From assembly GCA_041649475.1 (NCBI GenBank), contig JBAZNA010000001.1, forward strand, positions 686,594 to 750,593: 64,000 nt of DNA. Direction: 5' to 3'. The notes under the pieces are model-generated. The model had not been told where the DNA came from and ran no database searches. It saw only the letters and a list, made by a program, of their open reading frames with translations. Position 1 is the stretch's first letter; the number at the start of each line of letters is the position of its first letter. This DNA comes from Patescibacteria group bacterium (GTDB taxonomy: Bacteria > Patescibacteriota > Patescibacteriia > Magasanikbacterales > GWA2-37-8). The position numbers and the translations under genes were made by a program. Below, in pieces: positions 48,297-57,018 of the stretch.

Positions 48297-49031
48297 CTAC
48301 TTCCTCAACTCGTCAACTCCATCGGCGATGACTCTTTCTTTAACATGTTCATCCGCAATAATTGCCCCGTCTTTTATTCTTAAAATCCTCTTGGCGTGAT
48401 CGGCGGTATATTTTTCATGGGTGACCAAAATTATGGTATGCCCCTCGTCGTTTAATTTTTGCAAGATACGCATAACCTGCAAACCAGATTTTGAATCCAA
48501 ATTTCCGGTCGGTTCATCGGCAAAAATTATACTGGGGTTATTTATCAAGGCCCGCGCTATCGCCACCCTCTGTTTTTCTCCGCCCGAAAGCTGATCAGAA
48601 AAAAATCCAAGCCGGTGACTAAGACCCACTGCCTCCAAAGCTTCTTTGGCCTTTTTTTCCCGTTCGCCGGCAGGAACTTTTGAATATAACAGGGGCAACA
48701 TCACATTATCAAGCACAGAAGTTCTGGGTAGCAGATTAAATGCCTGAAAAACAAACCCGACTTCATTGCCGCGCATGTGGGCCAAGTCATCATCAGTCAT
48801 AGTACTGACGTCTTTTCCGTTAAAAAAATACTTTCCGGAAGTCAGGGTGTCTAAAAAACCCAAAATGTGCATCAAAGTGGATTTCCCTGAGCCGCTCGGA
48901 CCCATTATGGCTACAAACTCGCCTTTTTTGATTTCAAAATTCAGATCGCCCAAGACACTGGTAACCACCTCATCATTTTTGTATTCTTTACCCAGGTTGT
49001 TAATTTTTATCAGCGCCGCGACATCAGCCAT
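48297..49031 (-). CDS. ABC transporter ATP-binding protein, MacB type
   Basis: [35 protein letters not shown]. Confidence 0.85.
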   Translation of the reverse strand: MADVAALIKINNLGKEYKNDEVVTSVLGDLNFEIKKGEFVAIMGPSGSGKSTLMHILGFLDTLTSGKYFFNGKDVSTMTDDDLAHMRGNEVGFVFQAFNLLPRTSVLDNVMLPLLYSKVPAGEREKKAKEALEAVGLSHRLGFFSDQLSGGEKQRVAIARALINNPSIIFADEPTGNLDSKSGLQVMRILQKLNDEGHTIILVTHEKYTADHAKRILRIKDGAIIADEHVKERVIADGVDELRK

Positions 49032-49032
49032 A

Positions 49033-50772
49033 TTACTGTTTCACATTAAGAATAACCGTCTGACCTTCGGTTAAACCGCTCTTTATTTCCACAAAACCAT
49101 TATCCGCCTTTAAACCGATTTGCACCGGCGTCTCTTTTACCTGTCCTTTATCCAGCAACTTTACGGATTTCTCGCCGGTAACCGTATCAGTGTGCACGGC
49201 GCGCAGAGGGATATACAAAACACCGGTTCTGGAATCTGTGTTTATACTGACATTAGCCGTCATCCCCGGCCGGAATGTTTTGCCGTTGTCATCAAGTTTA
49301 ATTTTCACCCGGTAATAGACAACGTCCTGGATAACCGTTGAACCGGGTTCAATGCTTAAAATTACACCGGTAAATTTATTGTCATCGCCGTAAGCATCAA
49401 GAGTGATTTCGGCGCTGTCATTTAATTTTAATTTTGGTATGTCGGTTTCCGGAATATCAACACTGACTTCGTAGTGAGGCGAAAGCATTTCAACGACGGC
49501 ATCCGCGGATGTTACCAATTCGCCGATTTTATTATTTACTTTGGTGATAACGCCGTCTATGGGCGCGCGAATGATCGCTTTATTTCTGTTGGCCACGGCT
49601 TGAGACAGCGCCGCTCTGTAGGCAGCCACGTCAACCTCGCGCGGAGGATCTTTTTTGGTTTGTAAATTGGCAAGCGCCTGATCGTAGGCCGCCTGCTTCA
49701 TTTTGATATTATTGTCAGCGCTGGCTTGGGCGTTGCTGTAATCATTGTAAGCTTTATAATAAGCAATCTCATAAGTGCTGTAACTATTCTTGGCATCAGA
49801 AATGGATTGTATTTGAGTAATTACGGTGGAAAGCTGGGTGGTCGCAGCCGTGCGCGTGGTGCTTATGGTGGTTTTTTTAGTATCTAAAGCGGCCTGGGTT
49901 AAATTGCCGCCGGACATGGTCGCCATCAGCACATCGCTGACCGAACCCAAAAGCTGGTTTGTTTTTGACAAAGCATCTTCAATCAAATTTAAGGCATTGT
50001 CTATGTCTGAATGCTGGCTATTGGTATTAAGCGGAGAAGCCGCGCTTTTAGCCAAGGCGATGGCGGATTTGGCGATCAAATAATTAGTTTGCGCGGTAGA
50101 AAGTTTTCCCGGATCAGAAGCGGCTAAATTTGATTTAAAATCGGAATTGGCAAGAGTATTATCAACTCCCAAAATATTATCTGATTGCGTCAAAGCGTTA
50201 TCAAGCACGGATAATGAGGCCTGTGATACGGCTGCAGCGTCTTTATAAACATTAGTGACAATCTGGCTGCTTTCCCCGCCTTCAGCCAGTTTCAAATTAT
50301 TTTCGGCGGTTTGCACATCCGACTGCGCCGCATTTACGGAGTTTTGTCCGTCAATTTTGGCCTGCTCCAAAGACGCCTGGGCGCTATCGGCCGCGGCCTG
50401 ATAATAACTGATATCTTGAGTGGAAGCCCCGGCTAGTTTTTGATTAAGGTTCGCTGCGGCTTGAGCAACCGCCGCGTTTAAATCAGCCATGCCCAAGTTG
50501 GCGAGCACTGTTCCGGATGTCACCTTTTGGCCTTCCGTCACCATAATTTTTGCCACTGTGCCGGGAATTTCAAACCGCAAAGCCAGATCATTATTTGATT
50601 CAACGTTACCGGTGGCGTCAACGGTTTGTTTAATATCACCCTTTACAACGGCTACGGTGTCATATTGCGTCGGCTGGTGCGATTTTTGATATTGGCCATA
50701 CCAAATCAGAGCAATCACTATAATGATAGCCGGTATATAAAATTTTTTCTTTTTCAAAAATGAGAAGTTCAT
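49033..50772 (-). CDS. HlyD-family periplasmic adaptor with very long coiled-coil region
   Basis: N-terminal TM, about 350 aa A/Q/S-rich coiled coil, and a beta-barrel C-terminal domain. Paralogous in layout to ORF 5877..7622. Confidence 0.7.
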   Translation of the reverse strand: MNFSFLKKKKFYIPAIIIVIALIWYGQYQKSHQPTQYDTVAVVKGDIKQTVDATGNVESNNDLALRFEIPGTVAKIMVTEGQKVTSGTVLANLGMADLNAAVAQAAANLNQKLAGASTQDISYYQAAADSAQASLEQAKIDGQNSVNAAQSDVQTAENNLKLAEGGESSQIVTNVYKDAAAVSQASLSVLDNALTQSDNILGVDNTLANSDFKSNLAASDPGKLSTAQTNYLIAKSAIALAKSAASPLNTNSQHSDIDNALNLIEDALSKTNQLLGSVSDVLMATMSGGNLTQAALDTKKTTISTTRTAATTQLSTVITQIQSISDAKNSYSTYEIAYYKAYNDYSNAQASADNNIKMKQAAYDQALANLQTKKDPPREVDVAAYRAALSQAVANRNKAIIRAPIDGVITKVNNKIGELVTSADAVVEMLSPHYEVSVDIPETDIPKLKLNDSAEITLDAYGDDNKFTGVILSIEPGSTVIQDVVYYRVKIKLDDNGKTFRPGMTANVSINTDSRTGVLYIPLRAVHTDTVTGEKSVKLLDKGQVKETPVQIGLKADNGFVEIKSGLTEGQTVILNVKQ

Positions 50773-50777
50773 ACGGT

Positions 50778-50987
50778 TTATTTTAAATGTTTAGTGATTT
50801 GATTGATTATTTTGCGCATTTCCTTTTCCGGTATAAAAACTACCTTGCCAAAATGTTCCACCACTACAAACCGATCGCCTTCTTTCATTTTTAGTTTTTC
50901 TCTGGCTTCTTTTGGTATGACCACCTGACCCCTCGGACCGAGGTTGACGGTCCCGCAGATAGTCCCGAACGGATTGCTTGATTTCAT
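50778..50987 (-). CDS. AbrB/MazE/SpoVT-family DNA-binding protein (69 aa)
   Basis: Swapped-hairpin motif GQVVIPKEAREKLKMKEGDRFVV. First gene of the exporter operon. Confidence 0.65.
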   Translation of the reverse strand: MKSSNPFGTICGTVNLGPRGQVVIPKEAREKLKMKEGDRFVVVEHFGKVVFIPEKEMRKIINQITKHLK

Positions 50988-51009
50988 ATAAAAAACAACA
51001 TTTAAGATA

Positions 51010-51056
51010 AGTATGAATTATCTTACTAATCATACTACCTGTCAAGAGGGTTGTCA
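51010..51056 (-). promoter_or_regulatory. Promoter for AbrB-HlyD-MacB operon: TTGACA-18-ATAATT on minus strand, with CCCTCTTGACAGGT and TCATACTTAT motifs
   Basis: Minus-strand reading: cccTCTTGACAggtagtatgattagtaagATAATTcatacttat, followed 20 nt later by the ATG. A second TTGACA lies just upstream. Confidence 0.45.
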
Positions 51057-51062
51057 ATGGGC

Positions 51063-52562
51063 TTAGAGTTTTTCCCAATCCTGGGCCTGGGCCAGATATT
51101 TATCCTTTATTTCGGCAAAATATTTTTTGGCCGCTTTGTAATCATTGGGAAGCACGCCGTCTAAAATCGCTTCTTCAATCGCGGTTTTAATCTTGCCGAC
51201 CGTGGGCCCGGGTTTTAGTCCGGATAATTTCATAATTTCATCGCCTCTAAGCGGTGACTGGAAGGCGCGTAATTTGTCTTTTTCAATGACCTCGGCAATT
51301 CTTTTTTCCAAACGGTCGTAATTGTGCAGGCGTTTTTCCTTTTTGAGCGGATTGCCGGTGGTAATATCACTGCGGCCTAAGATCAATAAATCATCAAGTT
51401 CGTCGCCCAAGCTGACAATCAGCCGGCGCACCGCGCTGTCGGTTATCCCCTCGTCCATCAAACTGATCGGCTGTTGATGCCATCTGATCAGTTTGGCCAG
51501 ATAATCCGTATCGTTTTTGGAAAAACGCAAACGCTGGCCGATTTTATAGACCAATTTTTTGCCGACATGCTCGTGCTGATAAAAAGTCCAGCCGATTTTG
51601 GCAACAAATTCTTTGGTTTGCGGCTTGCCGATGTCATGCAAAAGCCCGGCCAATCTTAACATTGTTTTATCGGATCTTTCGGCGATATTATCAACCACCT
51701 TAAAGGTGTGCACCAAATTATTTTTATGCTGGTGGCCAAAAATTTCTTCCACTCCATCTAATTTTACAACTTCCGGCAAAACAAAATCCAATAAATGCGT
51801 TTGAAACATCATACTTAAGCCGATTGAAGGCAAGGGACAAGCGAGCAGTTTAAACAATTCTTCGGCAATCCGCTCGGCCGAAATTATTTTTAATCTTTCC
51901 TTATTTTCATATATTGACTTGAGGGTCTTGGGATCAATCGCGAATTGCAATTGGCTGGCAAACCGCACCGCGCGCATCATCCGCAAAGGATCATCGCTGA
52001 AGGTTTTATCCGGCGAGAGCGGCGTGCGCAAAATTTTGTTTTTTATATCATTTTGCCCGTCAAACAGATCAATGATTTCTTTTTTTACGACGGTCAGGGT
52101 CGGCGGTTTCGCGCCCGCAAATACAGAAACCGGCACGGCCATGGCATTAACCGTAAAATCGCGCCTGGACAAATCATCCGCCAAGGTGGCTGTCTCAACT
52201 TTCGGCTTTCTGGATTTGGCATCATATTTTTCGCTTCTGGCTCCGGCAAATTCCAAAACTATTTGTTCTTCGCCTTCGCCGATGACATACCTGGCCGTAT
52301 CAAAATCCGGAAATTCAACCAAACTCCCCGCTTCCTTCATGGCTTTGTCAAAGTCCTTGGCAAAAGCCAAACCGCTCCCTGCCACCACAAAGTCAATATC
52401 CTTTTTTTCATTTTTGCCCAGCAAGAAATCACGCACAAATCCGCCCACAATATATATCGGGGTTTTATTCTTTTTGGAGACAGTGTTGATTTTTTTTAAT
52501 ATCGCCGAAATTGACATAGCCCGTTTAAATCTTTTTATCGCGCCCCATTCTGTTTTTGGCAA
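51063..52562 (-). CDS. cca: CCA-adding tRNA nucleotidyltransferase with HD domain (probable start at 52517)
   Basis: PolyA-polymerase head (IYIVGGFVRDFLLG...DIDFVV) and HD motif LLHDIGKP. The ORF-track start overlaps pilT by 38 nt; an internal Met (M16) avoids the overlap. Confidence 0.8.
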   Translation of the reverse strand: MPKTEWGAIKRFKRAMSISAILKKINTVSKKNKTPIYIVGGFVRDFLLGKNEKKDIDFVVAGSGLAFAKDFDKAMKEAGSLVEFPDFDTARYVIGEGEEQIVLEFAGARSEKYDAKSRKPKVETATLADDLSRRDFTVNAMAVPVSVFAGAKPPTLTVVKKEIIDLFDGQNDIKNKILRTPLSPDKTFSDDPLRMMRAVRFASQLQFAIDPKTLKSIYENKERLKIISAERIAEELFKLLACPLPSIGLSMMFQTHLLDFVLPEVVKLDGVEEIFGHQHKNNLVHTFKVVDNIAERSDKTMLRLAGLLHDIGKPQTKEFVAKIGWTFYQHEHVGKKLVYKIGQRLRFSKNDTDYLAKLIRWHQQPISLMDEGITDSAVRRLIVSLGDELDDLLILGRSDITTGNPLKKEKRLHNYDRLEKRIAEVIEKDKLRAFQSPLRGDEIMKLSGLKPGPTVGKIKTAIEEAILDGVLPNDYKAAKKYFAEIKDKYLAQAQDWEKL

Positions 52563-53559
52563 CCTCTTCCGTCACCCAGCCCTCTTTGAGCAAATCTTTA
52601 ATTGAGTTTTCCATTGTGACCATGCCTTCCTTGGCTCCGGTCTGAATGGCTGATTTTATCTGATTGATTTCATTGCCGCGGATCAAATTGGCTATGGCCG
52701 GATTATTTATCAAGATTTCTCTGGCCGGCACTCTGCCCCCGTCTTTTGACGGCAAAAGCTGTTGGGCGACCACGGCGCGCAACACCGAAGATAATTGGAT
52801 CAAAACTTGTTTTTGTTTTGAGCCCTCAAAAACATCAACAATACGTTCAACCGCTTCGGCCGCGCTCGGGGTGTGCAGGGTGGAAAAAACCAAATGACCG
52901 GTTTCGGCGGCAGTGAGCACGGTGGCAATGGTTTCCGGATCGCGCATTTCACCGACATATATCACATTCGGATCCTGGCGCAAAACATATTTTAAGGCAT
53001 TGGCAAATGAATCCGTGTCTGTGCCCACATTTCTTTGCTCAATCAAACTTTTTTTATCTTTAAAAAGAAACTCAATCGGGTCTTCCACGGTGATGATATG
53101 CGCCCGGCGGGTTTTGTTTATCTCCTCAATCATGGAGGCAATGGTGGTTGATTTTCCGCAGCCGGTCGGACCGGTAACCAGAATCAAACCATCCAAATAT
53201 TTTGGCATTTCCGCCAAAACCGGTTCAAAGCGCAAGTCCTTGGGGCTAGGAATGTCTGATGGAATCACCCTGGCAGACAAACCGATATTGTCCACCTGTT
53301 GATGCAAATTAACGCGGAAACGGACTTTATCTACTTCATAGCTGAAATCCAGCTCTTTGGTCTTCTCATACTTGTCCTGTTGTTCTTTGCTTAAAATATC
53401 TTTTATAGCCGTCAGCAAATCCTTGTTATTTAACTGCTTGTCATCTATTTCTTTTAACTCACCCTCTATTCTGATCATTGGCAACTCACCGCCGATTAAA
53501 TGCAAATCAGAAGCGTCTTTTTTGATCGCTTCTTTGAAATAACTCTGTAAATTTAGCAT
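52525..53559 (-). CDS. pilT: Type IV pilus retraction ATPase PilT
   Basis: 344 aa with Walker A GPTGCGKSTT, Asp box and His box in the typical PilT arrangement. Confidence 0.85.
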   Translation of the reverse strand: MLNLQSYFKEAIKKDASDLHLIGGELPMIRIEGELKEIDDKQLNNKDLLTAIKDILSKEQQDKYEKTKELDFSYEVDKVRFRVNLHQQVDNIGLSARVIPSDIPSPKDLRFEPVLAEMPKYLDGLILVTGPTGCGKSTTIASMIEEINKTRRAHIITVEDPIEFLFKDKKSLIEQRNVGTDTDSFANALKYVLRQDPNVIYVGEMRDPETIATVLTAAETGHLVFSTLHTPSAAEAVERIVDVFEGSKQKQVLIQLSSVLRAVVAQQLLPSKDGGRVPAREILINNPAIANLIRGNEINQIKSAIQTGAKEGMVTMENSIKDLLKEGWVTEEVAKNRMGRDKKI

Positions 53560-53673
53560 ATATTTACTAAAATTTGATTAAAAACTTGTCTAAATATTAT
53601 ATACCTAAAAAAAGCGAAAAGCAACCGCCTTTGCTTGAAAAAATAAGCAGGATGATATATAATCGTTTCATTA

Positions 53674-53746
53674 GCGGGCTGTAGCGAAGTTGGTATCGCG
53701 CATCGTTCGGGACGATGAGGCCGCGGGTTCAAGTCCCGCCAGCCCG
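53674..53746 (+). tRNA. tRNA-Pro (anticodon CGG), CCA not encoded
   Basis: Acceptor CGGGCTG/CAGCCCG, D-arm GCGA-AGTTGGTA-TCGC, anticodon stem CATCG/CGATG with loop UUCGGGA, T-arm GCGGG-TTCAAGT-CCCGC. Confidence 0.85.
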
Positions 53747-53765
53747 ACGGGAAGGAGGCAAAGCA

Positions 53766-54029
53766 ATGCGTATTCCTTGTCCACGACCGCCCAGGTCGAT
53801 TCAAGATGAGGTTAAGGTTCATGAAGCAATCAGGGACGCCAAGGCCAATTCCAGGCTGATCTTCGTCGTTGAAGTCAATCCGAAAACGCACGAAGTGTCG
53901 GCTAACGCGTACTGGCCGGCTGCCCTGCCCGGATGGGAAAAGGAATATTCCCTTCTCGGGGAGCTCAAGAAGATGGCCGTTTCGGTCTGGCGCAAGGTCA
54001 GCAGGAAGCAAAACAATGCGCAAGCATAG
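53766..54029 (+). CDS. Hypothetical protein (87 aa) in GC-rich cassette
   Basis: Strong RBS GGAAGGAGG 8 nt upstream of the ATG, directly abutting the tRNA-Pro 3' end. GC-rich; no domain recognised. Confidence 0.4.
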   Translation: MRIPCPRPPRSIQDEVKVHEAIRDAKANSRLIFVVEVNPKTHEVSANAYWPAALPGWEKEYSLLGELKKMAVSVWRKVSRKQNNAQA

Positions 54030-54116
54030 CGGAGGGGTGTTCGCGAACTCACCAAAAAAGTTCGCTTTTTTGTTTAAAAAATGAGCAGTTTATAGAGATG
54101 CTCCGCTCTTTTCTGG

Positions 54117-54716
54117 TTACTTCTTCGTGGGCTTCTGGCCCACACGCATGTCCTTCACATCCGCCTCCACTCCGACCTCCAGGGTATTCGGCTTGACCGA
54201 GAAGATCTCCTCCTGTTTGATCTTCACCCCAGGCACAGTGACGGCGACAGCCGGTTCTTCCAGCATCGCCTCCTTGTTTGGGTCTTCAACGATTCTGACA
54301 AAGCGCTTGAGGCCCATCTTCTTGAGCGCCTTGATCACCGCCTTCTTGTCGCGCAGGTGCACCGAAGGCGGATTGAGACGCCATCCGAAACTGCCGGTTG
54401 GCACCTGGATGGTCTTGGTCTTGCCGCCCTCGGTCAGCGTCTCGCGGTTCGCGTCGGCGAAGATGAAGAGACCCCGTACCAGGCCGGCAATGGTCCGGTT
54501 GTGAGACGAGGCGAAGGCCATCGCCTTCTTCTGCAAGACCGCTACCCCGTCATTTAAGACATTCTCGATCGAGTTGATCTCCCTCTGCTCCGCGGCGATG
54601 CGAGTCAGTATGTTAGCCGCCTCAACCAGGTTTTCCGGAATATATACTTCATAGTCCGGCTTAGCAGGCATCTTCACCTGATGAGGTGCTTTATCCACGA
54701 TCTTTTTCTTGGCCAT
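54117..54716 (-). CDS. gam: Phage Mu Gam-like host-nuclease inhibitor / DNA-end binding protein
   Basis: ETLTEGGKTKTIQVPTGSFGWRLNPPSVHLRDKKAVIKALKKMGLKRFVRIVEDPNKEAMLEEP aligns closely, by memory, with Mu Gam (DELTNGGKVKTANLVTGDVSWRVRPPSVSIRG...LGLQRFIRTKQEINKEAILLEP). GC-rich; RBS GGAGGG. Confidence 0.7.
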   Translation of the reverse strand: MAKKKIVDKAPHQVKMPAKPDYEVYIPENLVEAANILTRIAAEQREINSIENVLNDGVAVLQKKAMAFASSHNRTIAGLVRGLFIFADANRETLTEGGKTKTIQVPTGSFGWRLNPPSVHLRDKKAVIKALKKMGLKRFVRIVEDPNKEAMLEEPAVAVTVPGVKIKQEEIFSVKPNTLEVGVEADVKDMRVGQKPTKK

Positions 54717-54828
54717 GATTGCCCTCCATGGGCATAATCTAGCTTATCCGCGAAATTTTAGCAAGCTGCCGACCAACAAACAAAAAAGCCCTTATGGGGC
54801 CATTTTATTTTAAAAATCAGACCAATAT

Positions 54829-55257
54829 CTAAGTTAAACCGAGAGCAGGTTTAACTTGTTTCATATCTTCCTCTAAAACTTCAACTCTGCCTTCAATAAT
54901 TCGCATATCGTGCGTAGCAATAGTGAGCTCCTGGTCTTTCTTTTCAGTTATTTGAACTAATTTATCAAGAGTAATTGAAATTTTGTTCAAATCTGTTTTC
55001 GTCGCCATATCAGCCTCAATCCGATCCAAACGCTCATCGTGTTCTAAAAATTTTATTGCTAAAAAATCAAATCTTTTATCAACCTGGTCAAATCTTTTAT
55101 CAACCTGGTCAAATCTTTTATCGTGAGCTTCTAGTTTTTTATCAATTTGGTCAAACCTTTTGTCAATTTGGTCAAACTTCTTATCGTGGGCACTGAATTT
55201 TTGTGTGATGTTTTCCATAGTTTTTATATTATACTGTGATAATAAAATTGGTGTCAA
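54829..55257 (-). CDS. Coiled-coil protein with tandem heptad DKRFDQ(I/V) repeats
   Basis: Six consecutive 7-aa repeats DKRFDQI/DKKLEAH/DKRFDQV..., encoded by 21-bp DNA tandem repeats. Confidence 0.5.
   Translation of the reverse strand: MTPILLSQYNIKTMENITQKFSAHDKKFDQIDKRFDQIDKKLEAHDKRFDQVDKRFDQVDKRFDFLAIKFLEHDERLDRIEADMATKTDLNKISITLDKLVQITEKKDQELTIATHDMRIIEGRVEVLEEDMKQVKPALGLT
55066..55192. repeat. 21-bp tandem repeats (about 6 copies, atcaacctggtcaaatctttt consensus)
   Basis: Directly visible: tcaacctggtcaaatcttttatcaacctggtcaaatctttta ... tcaatttggtcaaacctttt ... Confidence 0.7.
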
Positions 55258-55260
55258 TGC

Positions 55261-57000
55261 TCACTGATAACTCCTCAAAAACTCCACACTCATTTTTTGT
55301 TCTTTTAAAGCCAGGCCGATTGAACTCTCAATTCTGATAATATATTTTTCCAAGGGCTCCAAATTTTCTAAAATATCCAAACTTAGCAAAGCAGTACGGG
55401 ATTTGTTTGTGTAGGACAAAGCCAACTCCCCGGCTCGCGGCAAGGTTTTAAACCAAAAAGTTTTTTCCAATTCGGGCATATCTTTTTCCAAATCAATCTC
55501 GCCCCGCGCCAAACCAAAATCCTCTAAAAGCATAGCCACCACCGTGCTGATGTGACCCCTCTCCAAGTCCTCTTTCCAATCATGCAAGTCGTCGTTCATC
55601 TGCATGGGGATTAAATAATTTTTAAAATAAGAAATTAAATTTCTTGTTTCAGCCGAGTCCAACGGATAACCAAGCAAATACATTATCACCACACAGCCCA
55701 AAATGTGAGCCGAAGGCGGTTCGTATTTACAGGTGTAGTCGCCGAAATCCGACATAGCCGCCGGCAAAAATACTTTCGCGCCCTCGCGCTTCAAACGGCA
55801 ATGCCTAGTTTCCCAAGTGTTAGCGCCGTCAAGTTTGTCCATCAGCTCTCGGAAAAATTTTGTCATGCCCGATTCGGGCGGAAGGATGCCATTAAACAAA
55901 TAGGTAAACTCACGCGCATATAAATTCGCGGCCGGCAAAATTTCCGGCATAGCTTCTTCGTCTTCATCCCAAAAATTATCGTAAATGATAAAAGCGGTCC
56001 AAAAAAATGTGTTGGCGAGACCTAAAACCGCGATCAAGCCATCTGAAAAAATCTGGCCTTTCTCTCCCAATGCCTGCCGGAAATAATACGGCATCAATGA
56101 CATTTGTTTGTCATAATTACCAGCAACTGTCCTCTGGATTTCCCGCAAAGCGATTGTTTTCAAATCCGAGTTCAAAAATGAAAAGCGCTCTTCAGCTGTG
56201 TTAATAATTTTAACCAGCATTTTTTGCTCCTCAATTTCAGCATTTTTTAAATCCGAATCCGCATTAAGGACTGTATTTTTTATTTTACTAAGCGCCTCCA
56301 CACAAAACGCCGAAGCCAAAGCCGGACCGGGCGGCGCGGTTTCCAAAAATTTTATTTCTTCCGCAAGTTGACTCAAAGGACAACCCAAATTTATGGCTGC
56401 TATAACCGCCAAAGCCGTATTGCACAAATCATTTTTTAAAAAACTTTTATTTTCCAAAATATATGCCAACAACTTTTGCCGACTGTCGCCTTTATAAAAT
56501 TTGGAAATAAAATAAATAACAAAATACGGAGACGAATAAAGCGAAGATTTAAAATTGCCGGTCGCAATCGCCACTTCAATTAAATTATTTAAAGACGCCA
56601 ACTCCACACCCTGTAGAGATAAAAAATAGGCAATGTTCACATTTACACCCAAATCAATATTATTTTGCACACCGCTTTCCGGCACAAAAGTGTAATACGG
56701 CCCGCCTTCTTCGGATTCCAAAGAAGTAAGATGTTTTAAAATTTTGGCCAGAGCCGCACCGTCTATCAATTCCGGATCATATTCCGTTAAAGCCGACAAA
56801 ACACAAAAATTTATGCCGGCAATATTTCCAAACAGCCAATTTTCATCTTTCCGCATTAACAAATTCTTGACTGCCCTATATCTGATCATACTGGCGTCTT
56901 CATCATCAATTTTATTCAAACAAAAAATAATTAACGCCAAATTCAAAAAATTATCGCCCGTTGGCTGAAATTTTTTGAGTACACCAAAATGTTTATACAT
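55261..57000 (-). CDS. Hypothetical 579-aa protein with Asp-rich motifs (possible terpene-synthase-like alpha-helical fold)
   Basis: Mostly helical. Motifs KIDDEDA, IIYDNFWDEDEE and NDDLHDWKEDLE resemble DxDD / DDxxD / NSE-DTE metal-binding motifs. The assignment is weak. Confidence 0.35.
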   Translation of the reverse strand: MYKHFGVLKKFQPTGDNFLNLALIIFCLNKIDDEDASMIRYRAVKNLLMRKDENWLFGNIAGINFCVLSALTEYDPELIDGAALAKILKHLTSLESEEGGPYYTFVPESGVQNNIDLGVNVNIAYFLSLQGVELASLNNLIEVAIATGNFKSSLYSSPYFVIYFISKFYKGDSRQKLLAYILENKSFLKNDLCNTALAVIAAINLGCPLSQLAEEIKFLETAPPGPALASAFCVEALSKIKNTVLNADSDLKNAEIEEQKMLVKIINTAEERFSFLNSDLKTIALREIQRTVAGNYDKQMSLMPYYFRQALGEKGQIFSDGLIAVLGLANTFFWTAFIIYDNFWDEDEEAMPEILPAANLYAREFTYLFNGILPPESGMTKFFRELMDKLDGANTWETRHCRLKREGAKVFLPAAMSDFGDYTCKYEPPSAHILGCVVIMYLLGYPLDSAETRNLISYFKNYLIPMQMNDDLHDWKEDLERGHISTVVAMLLEDFGLARGEIDLEKDMPELEKTFWFKTLPRAGELALSYTNKSRTALLSLDILENLEPLEKYIIRIESSIGLALKEQKMSVEFLRSYQ

Positions 57001-57018
57001 ATTCCCTCCTTTTGTTTA

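Noticed and set aside
52525-52562. 38-nt overlap between cca and pilT as a genuine gene overlap
   Set aside because: It more likely reflects an over-extended cca start in the ORF track. An internal Met at 52517 gives a non-overlapping gene.
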